A program made the position numbers and the translations under genes. 64,000 nucleotides of DNA from Macrostomum lignano (lineage: Eukaryota). The notes beneath the pieces are model-generated. The model was not told where the DNA came from. It saw only the letters and a list, made by a program, of their open reading frames with translations, and made no database searches. Of the stretch, positions 26,055 to 38,600 are shown piece by piece. The stretch lies in assembly GCA_002269645.1 (NCBI GenBank), contig NIVC01000751.1, forward strand, positions 1 to 64,000, read 5' to 3'. Position 1 is the stretch's first letter. Every line of letters begins with the position of its first letter.

Positions 26055-27595
26055 GAACTACAGAGGGGGTCATTGTCCTATTTAAGAGCTACAGAGGGGT
26101 CATTGTCCTTTTTAAGAGCTACAGGGGGATCATTGTCCTATTTAAGAGCTACAGAGGGGTCATTATCCTATTTAAGAGCTACAGAGGGGTCATTGTCTTA
26201 TTTAAGAGCTACAGAGGGGTCATTGTCCTATTTAAGAGCTACAGAGGGGTCATTGTCCTATTTAAGAGCTACAGAGGGGTCATTGTCCTATTTAAAAGCT
26301 ACAGAGGGGTCATTGTCCTATTTAAGAGCTACAGAAGGGGTCATTGTCCTATTTAAGAGCTACAGAGGGGTCATTGTCCTATTTAAAAGCTATAGAGGGG
26401 TCATTGTCCTATTTAAAAGCTATAGAGGGGTCATTGTCCTATTTAAGAGCTACGGAGGGGTCATTGTCCTGTTGTCCAATTTAAGAGCTACAGAGGGGTC
26501 ATTGTCCTATTTCAGAGCTACAGAGGGGTCATTGTTCTATTTCAGAGCTACAGAGGGGTCATTGTCCTATTTAAAAGCTATAGAGGGGTCATTGTCCTAT
26601 TTAAGAGCAACAGAGGGGTCATTGTCCTATTTAAGAGCTACAGAGGGGTCATTGTCCTATTTAAGAGCTACAGAGGGTCATTGTCCAATTTAAGAGCTAC
26701 AGAGGGTCATTGTCCAATTTAAGAGCTACAGAGGGGTCATTGTCCTATTTAAGAGCTACGGAGGGGTCATTGTCCTATTTAAGAGCTACGGAGGGGTCAT
26801 TGTCCTGTTGTCCAATTTAAGAGCTACAGAGGGGTCATTGTCCTATTTCAGAGCTACAGAGGGGTCATTGTTCTATTTCAGAGCTACAGAGGGGTCATTG
26901 TCCTATTTAAAAGCTATAGAGGGGTCATTGTCCTATTAAAGAGCAACAGAGGGGTCATTATCCTATTTCAGAGCTACAGAGGGTCATTGTCCAATTTAGG
27001 AGCTACAGAGGGGTCATTGTCCAATTTAAGAGCTACGGAGGGGTCATTGTCCAATTTAAGAGCTACGGAGGGGTCATTGTCCTATTTAAAAGCTACGGAG
27101 GGGTCATTGTCCTGTTGTCCAATTTAAGAGCTACAGAGGGGTCATTGTCCTATTTCAGAGCTACAGAGGGGTCATTGTCCTATTTAAAAGCTATAGAGGG
27201 GTCATTGTCCTATTTAAAAGCTATAGAGGGGTCATTGTCCTATTTAAAAGCTATAGAGGGGTTATTGTCCAATTTAAGAGCTACAGAGGGGTCATTGTCC
27301 AATTAAGAGCTACGGAGGGGTCATTGTTCTATTTCAGAGCTACAGAGGGGTCATTGTCCTATTTAAAAGCTATAGAGGGGTCATTGTCCTATTTCAGAGC
27401 TACAGAGGGTCATTGTCCAATTTAAGAGCTATAGAGGGGTCATTGTCCTATTTCAGAGCTACAGAGGGGTCATTGTCCTATTTCAGAGCTACAGAGGGGT
27501 CATTGTCCTATTTAAGATCAACAGAGGGGTCATTGTCCTATTTAAGAGCTACAGAGGGGTCATTGCCATATTTAAGAGCTACAGAGAGTTCATTG
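26055..27595. repeat. 30-bp minisatellite directly upstream of the first Rab9 coding exon (GAGGGGTCATTGTCCTATTTAAGAGCTACA)
   Basis: About 50 copies; no ATG seen in the unit. Confidence 0.95.
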
Positions 27596-27617
27596 TCACT
27601 GTAAATTATATTTACAG

Positions 27618-29182
27618 CCGCGCTCCCAGCTTCTAAAGGTCATCTTACTTGGCGACGGTGGCGTCGGCAAGTCGTCTCTAATGACGCGCTACGTGCACCA
27701 GCGCTTCGATCAGCGACCGCAGCACACTATCGGTGTTGAGTTCTTAGTTAAAGAGCTTACTATTGATGGTATGCATTTTACTCTGCAGATTTGGGACACT
27801 GCGGGACAGGAGAGGTATCGATCTTTGCGGACTCCATTTTACAGGTGATTATGATTAGCTGTCTTAAAAGCTGGGCTTCACAGAGCAGAGAATGGGGTGG
27901 GTGCCCAACAGGGCAGAGAGTGGGGTGGGTGTCGGAAAGGGCAGAGAGTGGGGTGGGTGTCGGACAGGGCAGAGAGTTTGGTGGGTGTCGAACAGGGCAG
28001 AGAGTGGGGTGGGTGTCGGACAGGGCAGAGAGTTTGGTGGGTGTCGAACAGGGCAGAGAGTGGGGTGGGTGTCGAACAGGGCAGAGAGTGGTGTGGGTGT
28101 CGAACAGGGCGGAGAGTGGTGTGGGTGTCGAACAGGGCAGAGAGTGGGGTGGGTGTCGAACAGGGCAGAGAGTGGGGTGGGTGTCCAACAGGGCAGAGAG
28201 TGGGGTGGGTGTCGAACAGGGCGGAGAGTGGTGTGGGTGTCGAACAGGGCAGAGACTGGGGTGGGTGTCCAACAGGGCAGAGAGTGGGGTGGGTGTCGAA
28301 CAGGGCAGAGAGTGGTGTGGGTGTCGAACAGGGCGGAGAGTGGTGTGGGTGTCGAACAGGGCAGAGACTGGGGTGGGTGTTAAACAGGGCAGAGAGTGGG
28401 GTGAGTGTCGGACAGGGCAGAGAGTGGGGTGGGTGTCGAACAGGGCGGAGAATGGGGTACGTGTCGAACATGGCGAAGAATGGGGTGAGTGTCGAACAGG
28501 GCAGAGAATGGGGTGGGTGTTGTACGGCGGAGAATGGGGTGAGTGTCGAACAGGGCAGAGAATGGGGTGGGTGTTGTACGGCGGAGAATGGGGTGGGTGT
28601 CGAACAGGGCAGAGAATGGGGTGGATGTTGCACAGGGCGGAGAATGGGGTGGGTGTCGTACAGGGCAGAAGGTGGGGTTGGTGTTGCTCTTAAATCTAGC
28701 GAACCCCGCAAACCACCCGCCGCAGAGGCGCAGATGCGTGCATCCTAGTGTATGCCCTAGACGATCGCCGCTCCTTCACCAACGTGGACATGTGGCGCCA
28801 GGAGTTCTTTCACTACTCCGACGTACTGGAAAGTGACGGGCAGAAGTTCCCGTTCCTGCTAGTTGGCAATAAAAGCGACGTAGAATTGGCCGAAGTGTCA
28901 GTGGAAGATGCCGATGCGTGGGCCAACCAGTACGGCATGCGGCATCTGACTGCCTCGGCTAAAAGTTCTGACAATGTTGACGCCGCTTTCAGTCACGTTG
29001 CGGCCGCGTGGTTGGCCCGGGCCAAAGCTGAAGCGGCTACGGCGGAGGCTGCAGCCGCAACTTCGTCAACTGCAGCGACTTCCACAGGGAGGATTCGAGT
29101 GCGAGCTGGTGGTGACGGCGGGAGCTCCTCCGGTCAGCTTGGTGGCAGCGGCGGCAAGAGGAGCGGCTTTGGCTGCTGCTGA
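27618..29182 (+). CDS. RAB9: Rab9 GTPase; exons 27618-27844 and 28726-29182; initiator ATG not located
   Basis: [55 protein letters not shown] and a terminal CC prenylation motif; phase-2 intron consistent. Confidence 0.92.
27885..28680. repeat. 28-bp G-rich minisatellite in the Rab9 intron (GGGCAGAGAGTGGGGTGGGTGTCGAACA)
   Basis: Direct reading. Confidence 0.95.
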
Positions 29183-29324
29183 CCGTGCCTGATCCGGACT
29201 GTTCCTAACGAATACCTTTTTGGGCCTCTGGCTCTGTGGGCCTGTCTGTCTGCTCTACTCGTTAGTAGTAGTTTTGGGGTCTTTACTTCAGAGTAGATTG
29301 CCTTCACAACAAACTGCAATTTCT

Positions 29325-29425
29325 CTCAGTTGCTGGGCCAGCCTCCCAGACCCTCAGTTGCTGGGCCAGCCTCCCAGACCCTCAGTTGCTGGGCCAGCCT
29401 CCCAGAGTGACAGTTGCTGGGTCTC
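29325..29425. repeat. 28-bp repeat (CTCAGTTGCTGGGCCAGCCTCCCAGACC) in the Rab9 3' region; same family at 37508-37745 in an ACIN1 intron
   Basis: Near-identical units at both sites. Confidence 0.85.
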
Positions 29426-31067
29426 CGCCAGCCTTCCTTCTTAACTCTAAAAACTATTTTTTGTGCTTTTTTAAAGTTTAAAACGATATTTTAACGATCA
29501 CAACGACATGCTTGTAATCATTCTTGTGTAGACGCAATTATTTTCTATTATTTTCAGACATTTTCGTATGCCAATGTATTGCTAAACAAGCTAAATATTT
29601 ACTGCCTAGATTTTGGTGTCTGAAACTTTGTAATAAAGCCTTGATTTCCTTCGATTCAGATAATGCCTTTCGTGTATGCATGCGCGTCATTTGCTACTTG
29701 TGTAATGAATATAGTGGACCTCACAGCAGTAGTTAGTTGGTACCGGACTGCTTGTTTTCATTAACCCAATCCAATATGCGTATGTCTGATTATTCTGATG
29801 CTTTTTCGGTAATTTTTATCTTTAATTGTATGATGAACTTGTTTTGAATCTCCTATACTAATTCAGTTTGTGAGGTTAATTAAAGATTACTTAATACTAA
29901 CTAATCTGAATCATGATACTTGAAGTATTTGTGCTAAATCTGTTTTTCGACCCGACTCGTACTGCAAATAAATCATTTATTTCAGCAGATTTTGTAGATT
30001 TGCTGTCAAAAGAAATCGCTTTATTTTTGTACGCTACTTACAGTAGTTTTGGTTAGCCTGTGCTGTTTTTGATTGATTATTTCTCTGGTGGCTGGTATTT
30101 TCACTGTCTGGAATAGCTTTGTTTGTGTTTTTCATCTTGGAGACTTAAAACTTTCTTACATGCATGTACACATGTCTTGATTAATTTCCACCCCCTTCAC
30201 TGTCATTTAAAAATAATAATTTGGAGACATGAAGTAAAATTGCAGATTTGTTGCTCAAGGGACGCATGCTACAAAATACTGGTTGCAATTTCTCTGTATA
30301 GTGGTAATCTGGAATACACTAACTGTATTTTCATTTTATTTCTGTTACACACTATATATTTTCAGAGTTTTATATTTATTTTGCCAACACTTAAACAGTA
30401 TATTAATTTTCATTCAATTATTTATTGTGCAAATCTTTTTTGGCGATGCAAATTTATTAAAAAATGTCTATATTTACTGCTGACATGGGTAGTTGACCAG
30501 TAGCATGTATAGTACAGATATACGCATGCCTTTTAAAATTTATATTCAAGCTTATACACATGTCTTTATTCCATTCTGTGTTAAAAAATAATGAAAGAAT
30601 TTATTTTCACTGGATTTATTTTCCATTTTTCAACAAAAGAAATAAATAAACCTTAATTAAAAAACGAAAAGTTGTGCAATTAAAAAAAACTATTTTATTT
30701 CGTTTCGTTTGCTTGTGCCAGTTTCGCCTGTACCTATAGTGGTAAAAAACGACTTTGCAGATTAAACTACAATTGTTGTAGGCTAAAAACTAAATCGAAA
30801 CGAATCATTAAAAATTATCCGCTAATAGTCTAATACAGCGTTTTGCAGTTACGCGCGTTGAATTTAATACAATACAAGATACGTTTGCCAATGGAATGGA
30901 GCTTTTGTCCATGGTAGCAAGGCTGGCCAATTTTTTATTTTTAACATTTAATTGGTCCAACAAGTATCAATGGTCCAAACGCTCGTACGTTTGACGGGCT
31001 GATGGATGCTGTAAAAATCAGCTGAGTGTTTTAAGCTGAGGAGCTAATGAATTATTGAACTGAGACA

Positions 31068-31466
31068 ATAAGGCGTAGGAACGGGGGGCCAGTGTGGTTA
31101 ATGGTATCTGGCCCCTCCACATTTTAAATGCAAAATGTAGACTTCTTGCTTATTTTTGGTTTTTGCTGCTTTGCATGAATGCATTTTGCTGCAGGGCGAC
31201 AAAACATAGCGCATGCGGCGCTAAAATGATTGCCTGCGGCGCCAAAATGAGTGCCAGCGGCGCTAAAGTGAGTGCCTGCGGCGCTTTATAAAATGAGTGC
31301 TGACAAGACGGATTCTGAAAATAATCGGTACATGATAATGTCCATTTTCCATATAAAAAATCTAACTCGACGGGGGCGTGCGCCCTGCGCCCCCCCCCCC
31401 TAAATCCGCCACTGAACCTGGCCTGCCCCCCCCCCCCCTACTTTTTAAAACGTTCTTACGCCTATG
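31068..31466. mobile_element. MITE-like element with short TIRs containing 3-4 copies of the 21-bp unit
   Basis: ATAAGGCGTAGGAACG / CGTTCTTACGCCTATG; internal module shared with 4600-5390. Confidence 0.6.
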
Positions 31467-32149
31467 CTGAGATAAAAAATTGTTTATGGTAAAGAATGTA
31501 AGGGTTTCGCTGCATCCTCAATATTTTGCAACCTAAATTCTCTATGTCTGTGGCAGATTACGCTGCCTTAATTCAGTCTCTGTTCTTAGAAATTCATAAG
31601 CTGAATATAGCATTACTAGTAAAATCAAAGCGTGAAATGCCACTATACACAGTTTTTTTTAATTAAAAAAATGGTAAGCTTACGTGTGTGTTTGTTTAAA
31701 TGGACAGAAATGTTCAAAATTGTGAATCGGTGGCAATTTCTAGAAAAATAATAGTGCCATGCCTTAGCACTACAGTCTACATTGTCGCATTCGCAGTCGC
31801 TAGTCAGCCATCGAAAAGCATATACATGTAAATAATTTTATATCTACTTAACTTTAGCTTTTCAGTATATTCCCTGGTTTTGATAAAATAAACATACGCT
31901 GAAAATCCAAAGACCTGGCTAAAGGGGAGGTGGAGAGGTGCTCTGTTCTTTTTTGATGTAGGCCTAATTGCGCTGAGCTTGGTCCCCACTTTAATTTTTT
32001 AGGTCTCCACCGAAAAGGTTGCGTCGCAGATCGATGGAGGGGACCACGCACTTTGGCTGCGCCACTGGCGATTGGCGAAAAACCGAACAGAATTTTTGGG
32101 ATAAATAATTAGGGACTAGGCCTAGGCCTATGCATTTTTTGGCAAAGGC

Positions 32150-32385
32150 TAGAGTTCCAGCACTGGAACCCATTTTCTCAGGGCTTTGGATCCGGCAGTG
32201 GTATTCCAGTAGTGCAGTTTATAAGTATACAGTGTATATATGAGGCCTAAGATCAAATCAAAATGATGAGATTCAAAATTAGATACTTGAAACTAATGTT
32301 CAAAGATGTCATTAGTAGATAAGTGCCTGCAGAAGACTGCTGGATCCATAGCTATTAGAAAATGGGTTCCAGTACCAGAACTCTA
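32150..32385. mobile_element. MITE with ~60-bp imperfect TIRs and probable TA TSD
   Basis: TA-GAGTTCCAGCACTGGAACCCATTTTCT...GGATCC versus GGATCC...AGAAAATGGGTTCCAGTACCAGAACTC-TA. Confidence 0.7.
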
Positions 32386-32558
32386 GTCATTGTCACATTT
32401 TTTAGTGCATACATAGAACAAAATTGGCTGGGCTTAGCCATTTTTCCTATCCCTATTGCAGCGCATGGCTTAAGTACGCCAGACGCCTACACAACCTGCG
32501 CCACGCTGTGAAATGACTTACCTGTGAAAGAAACCTAAAGCAAAGTTAACGCAGTTTT

Positions 32559-32622
32559 GGGTAAACGGCAGGAGTAACTATGACTGTCTTATCAAGCCTA
32601 AATGCCTCGGCATCTAATTAGT
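32559..32622 (+). pseudogene. Degenerate 28S rRNA fragment (helix 69-71 region)
   Basis: GGGTAAACGGCAGGAGTAACTATGACTGTCTTATCAAGCCTAAATGCCTCGGCATCTAATTAGT versus the recalled conserved 28S GGGTAAACGGCGGGAGTAACTATGACTCTCTTAAGGTAGCCAAATGCCTCGTCATCTAATTAGT. Confidence 0.85.
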
Positions 32623-34069
32623 ACTGCGCCGCTCCGTACTAATCGCCGCGCGCGTATGCGCCGCGCCGCGCCGTATTAGATCCGCGCCGGACGCCGTCCG
32701 CCAAAATGCCCATGCGCTGCAATCAGGTTTCCTATAGGCCTCATCTATCACATAGGCCTAGGCCTACTTAGGCCTAATCATAGGCCTAGATACAACTAGA
32801 ACTTTATTTAGACAACTCATTTTTAATTTTAAGTATATAAGATTTTTTTGTTTTAAATTTTTTCCCTATTTCCTAGATTTCTTAATTTTTAATCAATAGG
32901 CCTATCCCAATTTCTTTCATAGGGCCTATTCACAGATAGGAATAGGCCTATATATATATATATATATTTGTAATGTTTGCAATATATTTTGTTCTAGGAA
33001 TCTCAGCCTTATTGCCTTAGCCTATATTAGGCTGTCTAGTGAGATTTTAAAAGTTGTTTTTATTCTAATAGTATACTTGAAAAATATAATAGAAGGCATT
33101 AATAGTATTCCAAAATGGCGACAATGGCCTCATTTATATAGGCCCCCTAAAACTAGGGGCCTAATTGAATAATAAAAAAGTTATAAAGATTTGAGTGATA
33201 AGTTTTTGTATATTGCATTTTTTGCAAAACTTAAAATTTCTACATTCAAATGCATAAGCCTAGGTTATACTAAATGATTTTTAAAATAAATGTATTGACT
33301 ATTGGTTTTAATGTTATTTAAAAGATTTTTTTCTATGTAATGAAATTAGAATGAAATTAATCAATCTAATATTAGCAAGTTTTGTCAATTTATATATAGT
33401 TTAATCACTTTTTGCCTTATCCTTTCCTTTTGATAGTTGGTTTTATTGCTTCCTAGTTGCATTTGATGATTTCTTAGACTAGTAGTTCAAATATGATCTT
33501 TATTGTAGCAGTATTGATTGAGTCTTATATATCTTCTCTGATGATAAGTCTCTAAGTATCTAATGATAAGTATCTAAAAAAACAAACTGTGTCTATAAAG
33601 ATAGCATGGTAACATTCAATATAGCTATAGCTACAGATGTTGATTAAAAATAATTCCTATATGCTATAATTTTTTATTATTCTTACATTAAAAATCAATG
33701 TAAGACTATAAGTCTAGTCTTAACTTGAATCGGCCTTGTAAAAAGCCTAGCAAAAGAAACAATACAATAATGATTTGGTATCTAGCATTTAGCAATAAGA
33801 CAATTCTTATAAAGTTCAAAATTTCAAAAAATCCTATAACTTGAATTTAAAGTATATAAAATACTTCCAATTTTCTAATTATTTCAATACTTTTCAATAT
33901 TTATGCAGTTTTCAACCTTGTAATTTGTCAATATAAAAAGGTGCTCTACATTTAATTGTCTTGTTGTTTCCATTTCATTAAATCCCTACGATGTCGAGGC
34001 TTGCAGGGAATCGCTATAATGCTGTAGTGCTATAATGACTGTTGGAGAGAATTACTGAAAGTCAATGCT

Positions 34070-34132
34070 TTAGGGTTAGGGTTAGGTTTAGGGTTAGGGT
34101 TAGGGCTAGGGTTAGGCTAGGGTTGGGGTTAG
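34070..34132. repeat. Interstitial degenerate TTAGGG array
   Basis: About 10 TTAGGG-like units. Confidence 0.85.
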
Positions 34133-35684
34133 AAGGTTGACAGATTTTTTAAGATTTCAAGGCTTATAGGGCATTGATAATGATGTCAAAGGGATTGATA
34201 TGCTAAGGCTTATGGGGGGATTTTCTGACATGTCAAGGCTTACAATGTATAATGCAAAGAGAGGCTTACATGTAGTTTATTAAAAAAACTTGTACTGCAT
34301 TTTTTGGCTCCCCAACGGGGGGTGCTGATTGCTAGTATTAGCTATTTGTCTATATTGGTCACTTATTTTCCTTACCTTAATACTTTTTGGTTGAATTTTC
34401 CTAAGACAAAAAGATAGCAAATGGATGTTTTCTTAAGAGCTCAACTGCTCTTTATTTTTAAATAATCCTGTATAACCCCAACTATCCTAATTACTAATAT
34501 TTATGCAACTGAAAAACTACTGTCAGTAGTGTAAAAGCAAATATTATCCCATTCTTAAATTATGCCCTATTATATTTTCAATAAGCCATTAAATATTAAG
34601 AAGACAATGCCCTCCCAAAAAAAGTTCAATTGCTCTCCTAGCTTTGCTCTAGCCATACCTGCCTAGGTCTATTATTGAATTCTCTTTGAGATTTAGACCC
34701 ACAAAATTGTTTGTTGCAGCATTGTACTAGGCTAGGATAGAAGAGAACAAGCATATGCAAGTGTGCAGATACAAATGCTAACATGTATTCATATACTTAT
34801 TCATGTGTTTATGTTGCATGTAAGTAATTTTTAGCTGCTATTCTAGGTATAATTCTATTTTATTTTGTATTGGTTCCCACTATATGCATATATACAATTA
34901 GTTATATAACTTTGAAATTATTTTTGCTTATATTTATACTATATTTTTTCTTAAAATTGGCCTCTAAAAATGACACAATCTTTGAGTTTTTTTATGTTCT
35001 ATACTAGTAGCAGTCCTTGTGTTAGGCATGCAAAATCTACCTTTGGGATTGGCCTTTTTTAATATAAAGTACATAAAAATTCTTAGCCTAATTTTGTGCA
35101 AGGCTAAAATGAATGTGGTTGAGCACCAAATTGAACCAAGGGTTTTGGTACAAGAGTTAGATGCTATTGTATTGTTGCTACACTTGTGCAATTTGCCCCA
35201 ATCATAACATAAGAACCTAGGTTATATAGACTAATAATTTTCAATTATTTTTGCATCTATGAAGCACTTATAAGTAAGTTTCTTTTGAATAATACAATAA
35301 TAATACAAGCTCTAAGAGTCCCAGTTTTGTATTTTTCCCAGCTGGTGTATTATGCATTCCAGATATTATCCACAATATTCTAGCTTATTATGTTATTATT
35401 GTACAATCGAGGCAACTTACATTATTACTTGTAATAATTAATGAAAGGCTTAGGGAAAAAAGATTATTATAAACCTTAAAGATTCCAGAATATCAAACGA
35501 CTCATCCAATTGAGCTGTTTATAGTTTTTTGTATGCAATCCAGGTGTCTTATTTAATGTTTCCTTCAAAATATCTTTTTAAAAATTTACTGACCAGCCTA
35601 CTTATGCTATAGAAGTAGTCATTAAGAAAAATAGCAATTATTGATACTTTTAAACCCTATTTCTAAACTGTCTTTGTTCATTGC

Positions 35685-38600
35685 ATGTCTTCTTTTTGCG
35701 CCAGCGAAGAAGATGACAGTAGCGGCGCCGCCGCCGTCGACACTGAAGCCACTCCAGCCGTTGCCATAGCAACCTCAGTATTGAGTCCCAATAGTACCGG
35801 GGCCTCATTTCACACGGCTACGTCTCCTGATGGCGGCGGCATGGCGGGCATCGGCGAGGAGCAGCTGGTGTACTCCGATGACGACGTGGCAGGCGAAGAT
35901 CAGGACAGAGGCGGCAGCGCCGCCGACAATCTCGACATTCACGCCGACATGTCGGACGACGAGCTGAACAGTTCCAAGGGTCGGGCCGCTGCTAAGGAGG
36001 CGGTGGGTATTGGGGTCGAGTTTTGATTTGGAATCCCAGTTTCCATTGCTTCATTTTCTTCCGAGTCGGTTAGCTCCAATCCCCAGGGGGCACAGAGTTA
36101 AAAGTCAAGGTCCGCTTTGCACCCTGTGTGAGTGTGTGGAATGTGCGTGGCTGCTGGCTTGATCAATGATTTGTGACAGCGCTAAATGCCTCTCTTCAAA
36201 CTTTCTAATTCATACCATAGCAATCATAATCCCAAGCCATGGCAACAAGTATCCCCCGTCCCATAGCAACAAGACATCCCATGGCAAAAAGGATCCCATT
36301 CCATAGCAACAAGACACCCAGTCCCATAGCAACAAGACACCCAGTCCCATAGCAACAAGGATCCCATCCCGTAGCAACAAGACACCCAGTCCCATAGCAA
36401 CAAGGATCCCCGTGCCATAGCAACAAGACACCCAGTCCCATAGCAACAAGGATCCCATCCCGTAGCAACAAGACACCCAGTCCCATAGCAACAAGGATCC
36501 CCATGCCATAGCAACAAGGTATCCAATTCCATGGCAACGAGGATCCCAATTCTTTAACAGCAAAAAATCCTATCCCATGAAAAATGTATCCCAATGTCAA
36601 AAGATTAATTTTACGTTCGTTTTCTATAGTGCATCTGTCATCCAGTATCTTTATTACCTATGTTCGAAGCTTCCTAGTACATGCTTAATCCTGCTTCAGT
36701 CAATTATTAAAATTGATTAATTCCAGGGACATCAGAGCAGAGGCGAGAAACGCTCATCAGCTGCAGCTAAATCAGTATCCACAACCGCATGTTCAAAGTC
36801 TGACAGTCCTACTAGGAATAAGATCGCTTCTCAAAAAAGGGAGGGCGAAGACGGTGAACCTCCTGCTAAGAAAGCCGAAATCGATGTAGCTGGTGAGAAA
36901 TATTTTATACTATTTTATTTCAATGTACGCAGAGCCCCCCCACTCCCGGCAATGTACGTACAGCCCCACCTCACTTCCTGCAATGTACACACAGCCCCAC
37001 CTCACTTCCTGCAATGTACACACAGCCCCACCTTACTTCCCGCAATGTACACACAGCCCCACCTCACTTCCTGCAATGTACACACAGCCCCACCTTACTT
37101 CCCGCAATGTACGTACAACCCCACCTCACTTCCCGCAGTGTACACACAGCCCCACCTCACTTCCTGCAATGTACACACAGCCCCACCTCACTTCCTGCAA
37201 TGTACACACAGCCCCATCTCACTTCCCGCAATATACACACAGCCCCACCTCACTTCCCGCCCACTCTGCCGTCGATAGAAGTCCGACAACGTAAACCGCG
37301 TCAGCGTCGAGGCGCATGGGGCTTGAAGAAGCAGTCGCAGCAGCAGACACAGCAGAGCAATGGTAGCGCAGCGTCGGCCACCGCTGCAAATGCCGCAACT
37401 CCTCTGCCTCTGATCACATCGAAAGTTTTGGACGTGAGTCTGAATTGTTGCATAGTTACTGCTAATGCCTTCCCGCCTTTCGTTAGTTTAGCCTGAACGT
37501 TTTAGACACTCAGTTGCCGGGCCAGCCTCCCAGATCCTCAGTTGCTGGGCGAGCCTCCCAGAGTGTCAGTTACTGCGCCAGCCTCCCAGATCCTCAGTTG
37601 CTATGCCAGCCTCCCAGAGTGTCAGTTACTGGTCCAGTCTCACAGAGTGTCAGTTGCTATGCCAGCCTCCCAGCTCCTCAGTTACTGGTCCAGTCTCCCA
37701 GAGTGTCAGTTGCTAGGCCAGCCTCCCAGATCCTCAGCTGCTTACTGCATCCCATACTACAGAAGCTGCTCCCAGACTGCAGAGCTGAGCTCAAAGCCCG
37801 GCTTCGGAACGGTCGACCAGCCAGCGTCGACGGTGCCGGCTCCGACACTCTGGCGGCGGCGGCCACCAACGGCGAGAGTCATGACCTCGGCAATGGAGAT
37901 CTGGAGGAAGGCGAAGTGTACGACGCCAACCAGCAGCTGCTGAGCCTGCGTCGGCGTCAACGCGACGCTTCGAGATCGCCGTCTCAGAAACGTCAGGTGA
38001 TTCGTCGAACTAAAGTGGTGGACTATCAGGTTGACGAGCCGATTCGAGTGGGTCCGACTCGAGATTCGGAGAATAAGGAGACCCAGGTGAGGATGCGTGT
38101 CGATTGTTTGAACTTTGACCTTTACAGTTCATTAAACAGTTAAAATAGAGAATTTTTAGACTGAACAGCCGATACAAAGCAAGTTATCCATGTATACTAC
38201 TTACTAAGTAGCTTAAAAAACCTTTATGTACTGTAGTCTTTAAAAATTATTGCTCAGGCAATTTCACAGAATAATCATCAATTGGAGGCAATTTTCCCAA
38301 AGGAATCATTAATGGGGGAGGGAAGATTTTTTCAGAAGAATCATTGATTAATTTGGGGCGATTTTTTCAGAGGAATCATTGATTTGAGGCGATTTTTTCA
38401 GAGGAATTATTTATGGGGAGTTGGCGATTTTCTCAGGAAATCATTGATAGGGGGCGAATTTCACAGAGGAATTATAAATTGGGCGATTTTCACAGAGGAA
38501 TCATTGATGTGGGAGGGGCGATTTTCACAGAGGAATCATTGATGTGGGAGGGGCGATTTTCACAGAGGAATCGTTGATGTGGGAGGGGCGATTTTCACAG

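Noticed and set aside
12223-29182. Functional cluster of GCC1 and Rab9 (both endosome-to-TGN traffic)
   Set aside because: The established Rab9 GRIP partner is GCC185, not GCC88; the genes are separated by TIM17 and TEs, so probably coincidence
32514-32525. ACTTACCTG resembling the U1 snRNA 5' end
   Set aside because: No following U1 sequence or Sm site; better read as a minus-strand 5' splice site
35677-35687. ATTGCATG before the ACIN1 ATG, recalling a spliced-leader 3' end
   Set aside because: Only ~8 nt match from memory, with no SL RNA stem-loop or Sm site
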